DNA from: Carpediemonas membranifera BICM
Taxonomy: Eukaryota; Protista; Fornicata
Length of the DNA stretch: 64,000 nt
Reading direction: 5' to 3'
NCBI GenBank assembly: GCA_019828565.1
Contig: JAHDYR010000005.1
Location: forward strand, 124,001-188,000
Part shown: in pieces, positions 1 to 10,154 of the stretch
How positions within the stretch are numbered: the stretch's first letter is position 1
How the letters are laid out: each line of letters starts with the position of its first letter
The notes under the pieces: generated by a model
The model's database searches: none
Told to the model about the DNA's origin: nothing
The model's input: the letters and a program-made list of their open reading frames with translations, nothing else
Translations under genes and position numbers: made by a program

Positions 1-23
1 ACAACCTCAGCCAGAGCCTGAGG

Positions 24-1241
24 TTGCCCCCGCTCCTCCCTAGCGCTGGACCTTCGACCGCCATACTCGCGACACACGGGTCAGAAATTTGGGTCGCCGT
101 GGTCGACAACGAAGGCGTAGTTAGACTTCTAGTGGCCAACAGCAGCATGAAGTGGCGGGCACAGGCCGTGACAGAGCTCAAGAAGCCGGTCAGGCCCGAC
201 TTCCCTCCCGTGTTGACCCAGACATCGTCCATGCAGCTCCAGCTGACCGTGGTGTCGCTGGAGGGCACCATCTTCGCCCTAGTGCGTACTGCCGCGGGCG
301 GGTGGGAGCCGTCCAGCATGACTGAGGCTGTCAACTCGAAGGAGAGCAAGCCAGCCAAGCCACTCTTCGCCCCATCGGTCCTCCTTGGCCTCGCACAGCA
401 GCACATCTGCTACGTTGGCCCTAGCGGGTCGATTCACGAGTTCCAGCATCTGGCCCTGCTTGGCTGGTCGTACAAGCTGCTGGGCGATGGGGCGGCCACT
501 TCCGTCAGCAGGAAGGCGCTGGGCAAGGCTGCGTCGCCCCTGGCTGGCTTCTCGGTGTACCAGGCCGGCCAGCTCTACTTCTACGCCACCAGCAAGGGCG
601 AGATCATGCTTCTGTCCAACGCCAACCCCATCGGCGGGTGGCGTGTAGACAACCTCACGTCGACCTCCAGGGCCCCACGCTGCGTGGGTAACCCGGCCGT
701 GGTCGGCAACAGCGAGCGGGACCGGTACTACATCGTCCACGTCACCCCGGACGGGGGCATCGCCATGCTCTACCGCATCCCAGGTGAGAAGATCTGGTGC
801 TACGAGGACGTCAGTGAGCTGTGCGGCGTGTACTACCAAGGGACGAAGGGGAGCAGGCGTCGTCGTATCAACAAGATCCTGCCCGGCCGAGAGCTTTCAG
901 CGTGCATTGTTGGTGACATTATGTTTATCACGTTCTGCACAGACGAGGGTCAGGTCAGTCTGCTCAGGGGTGACGTCGAGAAACACGACTGGGCTGCCGC
1001 TGAGATGAGCAGCGTTCTCCGTAATGCCGATGAGCTTGAGCATCGCAGGGTCGCTATCCCTCCAGCACTGGCCGACGCCCGCGAGCTACTGACCAGTATC
1101 CAGGTAGACGAGGAGAGCGAGGATGCAGTCGAGCCTGACTTCTGTAGTGTCACCCCTGGCAGTGAGATTAACGACGGAATCATCGAAGTGGTGGAAGTTC
1201 CGTCAGAGAGGGAGTGTCGCAGCGACTCCGGGTCTGTGTAA
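24..1241 (+). CDS. Hypothetical protein with beta-propeller-like repeats (probably 5'-truncated by the window edge)
   Basis: 405-codon ORF with GC3-rich codon use; recurring blade-like motifs (YVGPSGSIHEF..GW, YATSKGEIMLL..GW, HVTPDGGIAML..W, CTDEGQVSLL..W); no ATG at the ORF start. Confidence 0.6.
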   Translation: MPPLLPSAGPSTAILATHGSEIWVAVVDNEGVVRLLVANSSMKWRAQAVTELKKPVRPDFPPVLTQTSSMQLQLTVVSLEGTIFALVRTAAGGWEPSSMTEAVNSKESKPAKPLFAPSVLLGLAQQHICYVGPSGSIHEFQHLALLGWSYKLLGDGAATSVSRKALGKAASPLAGFSVYQAGQLYFYATSKGEIMLLSNANPIGGWRVDNLTSTSRAPRCVGNPAVVGNSERDRYYIVHVTPDGGIAMLYRIPGEKIWCYEDVSELCGVYYQGTKGSRRRRINKILPGRELSACIVGDIMFITFCTDEGQVSLLRGDVEKHDWAAAEMSSVLRNADELEHRRVAIPPALADARELLTSIQVDEESEDAVEPDFCSVTPGSEINDGIIEVVEVPSERECRSDSGSV

Positions 1242-1758
1242 CGTTGAGCGTGGTTTATAAATCCTGCAGCAGACGAGATGAGAGTTTGACCCGTCGTTTG
1301 AGTCATAAACTTAAATAAATACATGCCCGTGGCGTAACATCAAACAACAAAAGTACTGTGCAATATCACATTGACACACCTCTGCGCTGAGTGGACCATC
1401 ACGCCCATGATTTGGAGGTGACGCTCACAGAGCCACACGAACATGTTCAGCGTCACTCGTCATGTTGGTCGACCTGAGTCATCCTTGTCACTTCACAGAC
1501 TGTGAGTTATGATCTATGATCCAAGTCATATCAGCAGAACCCGGGACTGAGGATGCCCCGCCATTTCGAGAGAATAGCTTGTTCATCGCTATCGAAAGTA
1601 CTCAACGGCGCTTGGTGCTCAATGTCTGAATCGGGCTACCACACGCAGATCAGCAGGCAGGATTGGTCGAGTCGCCATTCACTCCTCTCTTGAGGTTCGT
1701 CAGGACGCAGTTTAGCATCGAGCAAAATTCGACAAAAATCTGGAGGCAATAAGCATCG

Positions 1759-3153
1759 ATGATAGACACATCGTACATTGCTGAAGATATTATTGCCCCG
1801 CCATCTCCATTACCCATTTCCACTGATCTGGCAAGTTTTTCTCCATCAGAACAGAACATCCAAAGAAGAAGAACCCTCTCCAGGGATTTAGAGGAGTACA
1901 CGGGCTGCACACAAATCCCAACACCGCAGTTTAGACCCGAACCGCTCGTAGATCTCGAAGAAGAGGAGCATCCGCCAGCCTCGTCATACGCTGTGATCCA
2001 TCAGAATGACCACCCCAATAACCTCACAAGGAGGACGCCGGCACAGTGGTCAGAGGCGCCAGTACGCAGAATTAGCACCGATAATAGTGTGGCAAAGCCC
2101 ACTCGACGGGCATCTTCTGTTACGCCTCGGCGACAGGACCCGTCACCCGCCAGCCTCTTCGACAGGTCAAAGCAGTGGCAAGCTAAGCGACAAGAGCAAG
2201 TAGAGCAGGCCCAAAAGCAGCGTGAGCAGAAGGAACTTGAGGAATGTTCATTCAAACCGAAGATTAACAAGCGGCCAGCATCTGCAACAAGGGTGAGGAC
2301 GTCAAACACCGATCCTGTCACCAGGCTGTACAGAGAGGGTGTGAAAAGAAAGCAGTCAGTCGCCGCAGCCCTGGAGCAGACGCATGCTGAACAGTTTGAT
2401 CGGGAATGTACATTCACACCAAAGACGAACAAACCGAGGGCGCTGAGAGATAGGGAAGGTGTGTTTGATAGACTGTATGAGTCGCGGCAAGGTCAGAGAG
2501 AGAGCAGGCGTGGGTCACACGACGGCGAGCAGAAGACGGCTGTCAGCTCGAGAGAGTCATTTGACGCTTTCATTTCTCGGCAACAGAGGATGGAGTTCAG
2601 AAAGAGGGTTAGAAGGGAAGAAGTTCTCACGGAAGTGATGTGCGATAGCACTTTTAGACCCAAGATCAACCCATCCAGCACGAAGATGGCCGATGCCAAG
2701 ACTGACGCCTGGTCCCGCCTCACAACGTCGAAAACTGACTTGAATAATTTGCCGGATGGCTGTACATTTACGCCACGTATGTATACCAGACGGTCCAAGC
2801 AGACTCGAGGGCGAAGCGTGATGGAAATGTCGGTTATTGACTCACAAAAGGTTAAGGCCAAGCATGAGAAGGCAAGGAAGATCAAGGAAGAGGCCGATCT
2901 GGAGCACGCGACATTCACTCCCCAGATTGTGTCTCGGAATGCTAGAAGTCGACTCAACGTACTCCAGGACCCGAACGAATATCTCAGGAGGCTTGACGAG
3001 AGCGCCAGAGCCAAGGAAGAAACCAGGCAGCGGGTATTCGCACAGAGGGCTGCGGAAGAAGTTGAGGAGTGCACTTTTAGACCCAGGATTCGTGAGTGTC
3101 CAGCATTCGTCAAGAATGTGGCGGCTAGACGGAGGATAATGAGGGACGGGTGA
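1759..3153 (+). CDS. Hypothetical charged/coiled-coil protein with six C(T/S)FxPxI-type repeats
   Basis: 464-aa ATG ORF; repeats CSFKPKIN, CTFTPKTN, STFRPKIN, CTFTPRM, ATFTPQI, CTFRPRI. Confidence 0.8.
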   Translation: MIDTSYIAEDIIAPPSPLPISTDLASFSPSEQNIQRRRTLSRDLEEYTGCTQIPTPQFRPEPLVDLEEEEHPPASSYAVIHQNDHPNNLTRRTPAQWSEAPVRRISTDNSVAKPTRRASSVTPRRQDPSPASLFDRSKQWQAKRQEQVEQAQKQREQKELEECSFKPKINKRPASATRVRTSNTDPVTRLYREGVKRKQSVAAALEQTHAEQFDRECTFTPKTNKPRALRDREGVFDRLYESRQGQRESRRGSHDGEQKTAVSSRESFDAFISRQQRMEFRKRVRREEVLTEVMCDSTFRPKINPSSTKMADAKTDAWSRLTTSKTDLNNLPDGCTFTPRMYTRRSKQTRGRSVMEMSVIDSQKVKAKHEKARKIKEEADLEHATFTPQIVSRNARSRLNVLQDPNEYLRRLDESARAKEETRQRVFAQRAAEEVEECTFRPRIRECPAFVKNVAARRRIMRDG

Positions 3154-3254
3154 TTTGGTGTCGGTTCAAAGCCTCGAAGCAGTTTAAACCCCCAACAGAC
3201 CATTATACAGACCCAAGCTCGGGCTGACCTGAACAACTGAACAACAAGCCGTGT

Positions 3255-4267
3255 TTAAAGACCAGGGCGGGCGGAGTGTTTCCCTGCTTTGTTCACCCGT
3301 TTTTCCAACTTTGCAGCCCCCCTGACCAAGAAGCCGTCGACCATGTTGTACGCCATGAGGTTCAGTACACTGAATGGGAGAGCCTTAGCGATGCTTACAC
3401 CGTATCCCGAGTACAACCCCATCAATCCCCGACCGTCCATGGCCTCCATCATGTGTGTCAGAAAGGGCTTGTTCGTGCGGTCAACTCTCTGCCTTACCCG
3501 CAGCACAAATAAAGGGTATGTCACGGAGATGGCGGTGAATGCAGTGGCGGTGTTCAAAACAAGGTCCGCCTTCTTCGAGATCTGTGCCCCCGTCCGCTCC
3601 TCGTGTCTGTGTTTGATCAAATCATACACACCGAACCGGATGGACGGCGCTAGTGCCTGCAACTGGTATAATGTCAAGCCTTGGTAGAACGATCGGAGTC
3701 CCTCCTCTCGCAGCATCGTGCGGACACAGTCTATCACGCCCGAGTATGACCCGGTCTCGTGCTTATGCTGGACATCGAGGCGGGACTTGACGACATAACT
3801 ATGTAATGACTCATAGCCGTGGGAACGAACACTGGGTTCATGAGAGTGTTGGTCAGAACTCCACTGAGGAACGAGCATGCCACGACACGTGTGGGAGAAA
3901 AGGTCGAGAAATCAGCTGCACGGAGTCCTAGCGCTTCTCTTACCGAGGATTCCGACCTCTTTGTCCATGCCGTGACGGTGGTACGGACGGGATGATAGAG
4001 CGCCGTCGATAACGCCGACCCTGCCAGCGTTGGACCTATTCCATCAAAAAACTTGAACAATCCCTCATGTTGGGCTATATAAATGGCGCTGGCAAGTGCT
4101 GAACGGCGCTCGGAGCTGCCCGAAACCTGGGAACGGCTCGCGATCACGTCAAAAGGAAGAAAGAGAGAGGATATGAAGCTTCCACTCGCTATACCTGAAA
4201 GAAACTGCAGAATTCGACGATCAACCATCGCTTTCGGCTGTATAGCGGCATCGCTTTCGCTTGTCAT
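3255..4267 (-). CDS. Mitochondrial carrier family (SLC25) protein, 2 exons (intron 3799-3830)
   Basis: Three carrier repeats PFDVIASR, PVYVVKSR (restored by splicing the 32-nt GTTCGT...TAG intron) and PLFVLRVR; EGLFKFFDG, EEGLRSFYQG and GLMGLYSG motifs; 326 aa after splicing. Confidence 0.9.
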
Positions 4268-4667
4268 TGGTCGCTGGGAGGCAAGCGATCTGATTTCAAA
4301 GAGATTGAGAGATTCAGAAACGTCACGACTAGTGCTGAAGCGTTCGTGTGAGTCTACCGAGGCTGCAAAGGTCTAATGCCCCCGGGCACACCAGACTCAT
4401 CAGGGTCCCATGGAATTCAGTCCAGCTGGGGTAAGGTAAGGTAAGGTACAGTAATGAGCGAACGGGGGGATAGCCTCAACATCTGGCTTCCATGTATTCT
4501 ACCGCCCCGTTGTGAGACATACCACAACGTTTCTGTGTCGGCCATACCCGATTGGCAATGCTCGGGCTGGGTGACCACCATCGTTGGCTGACTGTATGCC
4601 CACCGCCGTTCTACCGACCGTGGGAGGCCCAAACCCGTAAACTAGTACAAGCGAACTTTATCAACAC

Positions 4668-6425
4668 TCAAACAACATTCATCCGTCTGACGAACTGGCA
4701 GTACATCTGCCACTGGTGATCGTCCAGGAGATCTGTCAGCCGGAGGAAAGTGAAGGACCGGCTCCGCACCTTGTTGTTGACTTGTTTCAGCACAACCTGG
4801 TACTGCTGCCAGGAGTGGATCGGCAGAGCATTCTCTCCGCTAAACGAGATGTTGGCCTGCTTGCAATCCATCTGGACCTGCTCAACAAGCTCAAATGGCC
4901 GGGACATCGCATCATGGTCGATCGATGCCATCTCCATGCATGTGAATATCATTTCACACTTAAGATCTGACATCATCTGGGCAATATCGAGATATGTGTC
5001 GCGTCCATCCGTGTTGTAATACCCGGTGGTCAACTCAGCAGCGTGTGACGGATGGCCGTACCACCAGTGGATGCCGGAGACCTTGCCGGAGATCAATACG
5101 GGGCAGCCCTCGAAAGCAGCCTTTGCGGCCATGAGAACGTCCCTGCCATGCTCTACCAGCCGGCTGGAATACCACTCGAGGAAGAACCGGCCATGTGGCT
5201 GACAGTACCCGCCGCCCTCATTGAAGAAGGCCGCGTCCTGGTCGTCGGGGGCCGAGTTGTAGTGCCCCGTCTCTTTCGGCGGGAAGCCCCAGTCATAGAC
5301 GCGGTTCGCGTCGTCGGCCTCTGATGCCAGGTCTCTGAGCATTCCGACATCGTATGTCTGGAACTGCCCGATTCCGGGGTAAGCCCAGCCACGAGCCTCG
5401 ATGTAGCTTGGATAACGGAGCTCGCCAGCTGGACCGAGACCGACCTCGACTTCGGTGATGACACGCGGCATGAAGTCAATGAAAGTGTCAGCAAGAGCGG
5501 TCATGAAATCTTCGTACATCTGTAGTGCCGTCCGAGTTTCCCCCTCACGACGACCGGGGAACTTTGCTTCATGGTCTGCCGAGAGACTTAGGCATTCCTT
5601 GTCCACCGTTCCACTAACGTCCTGGTAGAAGAGGCCCTGGGTGGCAGCGACATCGAGAACGAAACGGGGCAAGGGGACATCGACGACGTCACCGACGTTT
5701 CCACCGCATGCATGGAAGGAAACAACGAACTGGAGCTTCAACCCAACTTCCTTGCACATCTGAGCCAATCCGAGGTAACCGCGCCAGTTGTATTGGGCCG
5801 GCAGATATTCCACGATCCCCCACCAGACGTCAGCCATCACTCCACTAGTACCGACCCGCTTGAGTGATTCGAGCTGTACTCTGAGCATGGTAGGATTACT
5901 GAGGTTGCCATGATGATCAACGATGTCGAGTGGCAGCATGACGTTCACACAGACTGGCTTCTTTGCAGTCTTGACGCCGATCTGACCAATTTTGGTCAGA
6001 ACAGCGAATATTACGGCAATGAGCAGAGGCTGTGCGTACATGGGTCCAGATATAAGAAGCATTCTCGGTGTTTCGAGACGGTAGAGGACGGCGAGGCTGA
6101 GCACAACAACGAAAATAGAAAGAAACAGCGCGCCTGAAAGGGCACCGAGTACGGCCGCCAACTGATCAAAGACGAGGTTCAGAGTGATTGGCATGCGTCC
6201 GAAGCGACCTGAACGGGATGACTTGGAAGATGGCAAGCTGGACAGAAGAGCAATGAGCGCAAATGTGTCGAGAAGAGCAACAACCATCACAAACCAATAG
6301 ATGAGCTTATTAGGATCATATACCACGCCGTCTTGTACCAATTGCACCTCTGCATACTCAATAGTGCATGCTTGAAGCGCTGCCGAGAGAACTAAGGCAA
6401 TAATCGCGAGGATTATGCGCAGCAT
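4668..6425 (-). CDS. Beta-amylase (glycoside hydrolase family 14) with an N-terminal multi-TM extension
   Basis: VNVMLPLD, GVMADVWWGIVE, SFHACGGNVGD, GLGPAGELRYPSY, KVSGIHWWY, HAAELTTGYYN, FTCMEM, GENAL and FTFLRL are GH14 signatures. Confidence 0.95.
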   Translation of the reverse strand: MLRIILAIIALVLSAALQACTIEYAEVQLVQDGVVYDPNKLIYWFVMVVALLDTFALIALLSSLPSSKSSRSGRFGRMPITLNLVFDQLAAVLGALSGALFLSIFVVVLSLAVLYRLETPRMLLISGPMYAQPLLIAVIFAVLTKIGQIGVKTAKKPVCVNVMLPLDIVDHHGNLSNPTMLRVQLESLKRVGTSGVMADVWWGIVEYLPAQYNWRGYLGLAQMCKEVGLKLQFVVSFHACGGNVGDVVDVPLPRFVLDVAATQGLFYQDVSGTVDKECLSLSADHEAKFPGRREGETRTALQMYEDFMTALADTFIDFMPRVITEVEVGLGPAGELRYPSYIEARGWAYPGIGQFQTYDVGMLRDLASEADDANRVYDWGFPPKETGHYNSAPDDQDAAFFNEGGGYCQPHGRFFLEWYSSRLVEHGRDVLMAAKAAFEGCPVLISGKVSGIHWWYGHPSHAAELTTGYYNTDGRDTYLDIAQMMSDLKCEMIFTCMEMASIDHDAMSRPFELVEQVQMDCKQANISFSGENALPIHSWQQYQVVLKQVNNKVRSRSFTFLRLTDLLDDHQWQMYCQFVRRMNVV

Positions 6426-7233
6426 GATGTCCTTTGTTGATGGATATGACCTGACAAGAAACGAGAAAAGCAGGCAACTACAGCAACATCAGCTATGACA
6501 TTGCGATCATACTTTTGTTGATAAGGTGCGGAAACCCACCCCCACCTCAACTGCCTCCACCATACACTGAAACTGAGGATCCCTGGCAACGCATGCGTGC
6601 TGGTTCACACTTGGACCTTCACAAGTTATGCTTGAACAAAGTGCTGTGCACAACTGTCGAAAAGAGGGCAAATGTCCATCACATGCCTGCAATAGTTCAT
6701 TTCAAGTGATAATCTCCATCAGTGCCCTCCCAGACCTCGGGGCAGCGTCCGAATTCAAATCATGAGCAGTTTACAGTTGTTAGTGTGAAGCGTTTAGACT
6801 CAACAATTCTAATCCTGCGCGGCACACTACCTCCACTCACCCACTTCAGTCCTTGTCTGTGCCATCGGGCTTTCGTGCTTTCAGTCGTCGGTCTGCACGA
6901 AAAGATGCGTCGTCTGTCGTCCATCGTCTGTGTCGAACGCTGCTGTCTTCTTTCGCGTCTGTGCTCGTCTGTTACGCGCTCATCTGTCGTCCATTGCCGG
7001 CGTCTGAAGCTCATGTCGTCGTCGTCTTCGTCATCTTAGTCTGTTGTGAGAGATACTAGTGGTCGAAAGCGGTTGTAGCTAGTAGTAAAGACGCTTTGTG
7101 TTGTATGATGCTGGTTTCTTGTGTTTTGAGGGATGCTGCCAGCTGATGAACCCTGAAAAGAAATGATCGTAAGGTAAGGTAAGGTACCTTACTGTAAGGT
7201 TACCTTAAGCAGATCGTCATTGCTCAGCAAAAG

Positions 7234-7929
7234 GTGTCGAAGGCAAAGGCAGCGGATCGGTGCAGGTGGATTGGCGACCTGGCGATGTGGAGGGACCCTG
7301 ACATAACCCCACTCGTCGAGGACTTCAGGGAAGCCTACGTTGGAATTGCAGCGCCATTTCAGAGCTGGTTGGGCGAGTACTCCACAGCCACCCGGGTCTG
7401 GCTCTCGCGCGCGTCACCCGGGTACCTGACCCGTCTTCGTGCTGGGTTAGAACGGGTGCACCCGCTCCTCCATGATCAGCCGGGTGTTCGACAGGATTTT
7501 CTCGACACCCTAGGCGAGCTCGACACTGAGGTTGCCGCCATAGCCGCCGATCATGGCAGGTATCATCCTCAAATACATGCATTGCCCGAGGGGCAACGGG
7601 TGGGTCGCACTGGTACCGTGGCCGAGGCCCTTGTCGGCGTGCTGTCGTGCGTCACGCGCATGAGTGCTGCAGTGACCAAGCTGGTCACACTCACTCGTGC
7701 CGTGAACCTCGAGCTCAGTCAGGCCCTGCCAGAGCTGAAGCTCGTTCCGTTCGTGCCGATGGCACCGGTCAAGCCTGGGTTCATGACCATCGAGTACGGT
7801 TATATGTCGCTCACCCCAGCGATGAAGAGGCGCCTCCGTGTCTATCGGGATTGGTCAGCGAAGGGCAACTTGACCGACGAGCAGGTTGATGGCGCTAAGT
7901 TGAGCAAACACGCGCTGCAGCGCGCGTGA
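7234..7929 (+). CDS. Hypothetical protein (start uncertain)
   Basis: 231-codon ORF with coding-like GC3 bias; no recognisable motif; the track start is GTG. Confidence 0.45.
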   Translation: MSKAKAADRCRWIGDLAMWRDPDITPLVEDFREAYVGIAAPFQSWLGEYSTATRVWLSRASPGYLTRLRAGLERVHPLLHDQPGVRQDFLDTLGELDTEVAAIAADHGRYHPQIHALPEGQRVGRTGTVAEALVGVLSCVTRMSAAVTKLVTLTRAVNLELSQALPELKLVPFVPMAPVKPGFMTIEYGYMSLTPAMKRRLRVYRDWSAKGNLTDEQVDGAKLSKHALQRA

Positions 7930-8074
7930 TATGCAGCGCACGATTGATAGAGTATGACGAACCACACTGCGATCCTGATGCTGCTTGGATCACTGTGTGT
8001 TTTGGACTCAAGTATTCTTATCCTGCGCGGCACATAGTGCACAACCTGGTGGTGGCATTTCCTTCATTCGAGAC

Positions 8075-8554
8075 ATGGAGACGACGACGTGGACGATACA
8101 CACTTCCCTTATTGGTGGATGTATTATTGGCATCTCGCTTTTGCTGATGATCGTCTTCAATGGCAAGATTGCTGGCACCAGCGGTGTTCTGGGCGGACTT
8201 CTGATGCCCAACAACGACAGCCCATGGAAGATGACATACATCGGCGGAATGATCTTTGGCGGTCTTGTCTGGCGCCTGATCCTCGAGGTTGTCCCCGCCA
8301 GTTTCTTTGACGCAATATGGATGAAGAAGGACGAGATTCTGCCCCTCAAGGCATCAGACACGCCCCTCTCCGCCTCGGTCATGCTTGTTGCTGGTATCCT
8401 TGTCGGCTTCGGCACCCGCTACGGCAGCGGCTGCACCTCTGGCCACGGACTGTGCGGCCTGGCCCGGTTCAGTCCCCGCTCCTTCTTGGCAGTGACCATG
8501 TTCTTCGGGACAGGTATCATCGTCGCATCGGCCATGTCCAAGGCCCTCTGGTAA
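8075..8554 (+). CDS. YeeE/YedE-family (sulfur/thiosulfate transporter-like) membrane protein
   Basis: GKIAGTSG and AGILVGFGTRYGSGCTSGHGLCGLARFSPRS motifs; hydrophobic helices; ATG at 8075. Confidence 0.88.
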   Translation: METTTWTIHTSLIGGCIIGISLLLMIVFNGKIAGTSGVLGGLLMPNNDSPWKMTYIGGMIFGGLVWRLILEVVPASFFDAIWMKKDEILPLKASDTPLSASVMLVAGILVGFGTRYGSGCTSGHGLCGLARFSPRSFLAVTMFFGTGIIVASAMSKALW

Positions 8555-8945
8555 TGTAAATGAGTTGAACTCGTCATCCTTAACCTGCGCCCGAACGGCT
8601 CCAACATTGACGCATGCGCCCTCAGACTGCAGAACCTGGTCAAGTCTAAGACCATATTCAAGCGGCTGCCCGAGAGGAGAGCAAGGCTGATCCTGGCGCT
8701 GTCACTGATGAAGGCGACGATGATGGAGATGAACTCCCGCTCGATACGCGAGGCGAAGTGGACCTCGTAAGATACCCCCATATTTTTCCGAGCATAGGGC
8801 TCCTGGGTATTGTGTATAAATCGATTTATGTAAATGAGTAGTGTAAACGAGTAAATATCGTAAATGAGAATTCACGGGAGACTCTGGGACAATCGACCGA
8901 AGTCCTGCATTTACCGGCGAGCTATTGACACGACAAGAGTCTGGC

Positions 8946-9809
8946 TCAGTCCTCCTTCGGGTCATCCCACGCCTTCATTCCCAGCTTCCACCGGTTGTGG
9001 AAACGGGAGACGACGCCCATGGGCCCAACCATGGCGCTCTTCCGCTCCAGCGGGCATTGCACGACCATGCGGGTCACATCCTTCTCAGGGCATGCGTGTC
9101 GTAGTGCTATCTTCATCAGCAGGATGATCTCGATCAGCAGGCTGTGGTTAGCTGTGGTCGCTCTGCGCTCATTCGGCACTGCAGGGGCGAAGGTTCGGTA
9201 CCAATCAGCTTTGCCCGGTCCAAGGTACCGTTTGGTGGCGTTAAACGGCTTTTCTGTGTAGATACGCATGCCCCAAGTCAGGTCCTCATGCTTACGGCCG
9301 TCTAAAGAGAAGAACTCGCCAAACTGGATAGAATGAATGCTAGCCAGAGGGATACGATGTGTTCGCTTCACCTCACCTGCCGTGATGTTGACTTTGACTC
9401 TGATATAACTCTCCGATGTTAAGATGAGAATGCGCTCCTGCTCTTGGTCAAACCGGTTGATAGAGATTACATTGAAGGCCTTGAGTACCCGCTCGCCCGA
9501 GGGAACTGCCTTCTCTACAGCAATTCTGATGATTTCAGCAAGGTTCGAGCCCGGGGGCACAGTGAAGAATGGTGCTTCAGTGCAGAGCGCTCGAGCAGCG
9601 TCGAAGTTATCTTCGTTCTCTAATGAAAGCCTCTCAAGCTCGTCGACCAGCTCTTCAGGCAACGTGACTGTGGTATCGAAAGATGCTTCGGTTTGTGCCG
9701 TAGGAGTAAGTGCGATGGAATATAATGGCGTTGTGGTGTCTTCTGTGTTTGTTGTAGTATCGTTATGTTCTTTTAAATGCTCAGGAGCCGTTTCTTCGCC
9801 AGCATTCAT
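8946..9809 (-). CDS. hSac2/TPRG1-like domain protein
   Basis: INRFDQEQERILILT..YIRV...HRIPLASIHSIQFGEF resembles the hSac2 domain pattern; 287-aa ATG ORF. Confidence 0.7.
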   Translation of the reverse strand: MNAGEETAPEHLKEHNDTTTNTEDTTTPLYSIALTPTAQTEASFDTTVTLPEELVDELERLSLENEDNFDAARALCTEAPFFTVPPGSNLAEIIRIAVEKAVPSGERVLKAFNVISINRFDQEQERILILTSESYIRVKVNITAGEVKRTHRIPLASIHSIQFGEFFSLDGRKHEDLTWGMRIYTEKPFNATKRYLGPGKADWYRTFAPAVPNERRATTANHSLLIEIILLMKIALRHACPEKDVTRMVVQCPLERKSAMVGPMGVVSRFHNRWKLGMKAWDDPKED

Positions 9810-10154
9810 TCGTGATCTTGTTCTGACCAGGAGAAGATCGTCCCTGGACCATGTCCTGACTTTGGTCGACCCGGCAGCGGGTAGTTATTGGAGACGAACA
9901 GTGACCGATCTATCGATACATTGCAGCGTATGGCCTTGTGAAGACCAACCATCCAGGGATGATCAACGCTTACACTGGCGGATTGGCAGCCAAGATGCAG
10001 CCTGGATTAATGATATTGTGCAAACTGGCTACAATGCCTGCTATTTCGTCCTGTGTTTGTCCTTCCCACTGGACGGTCGAGACAGTCACACGTAACCGAA
10101 ATGTTAGAAATGCCAAGACGAGGGTCAGAGCAGATCAGCATATTTACAAGGTGG

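Noticed and set aside
6500-7140. Short ORFs upstream of beta-amylase
   Set aside because: Low-complexity, overlapping frames with no motif; cannot support a gene call
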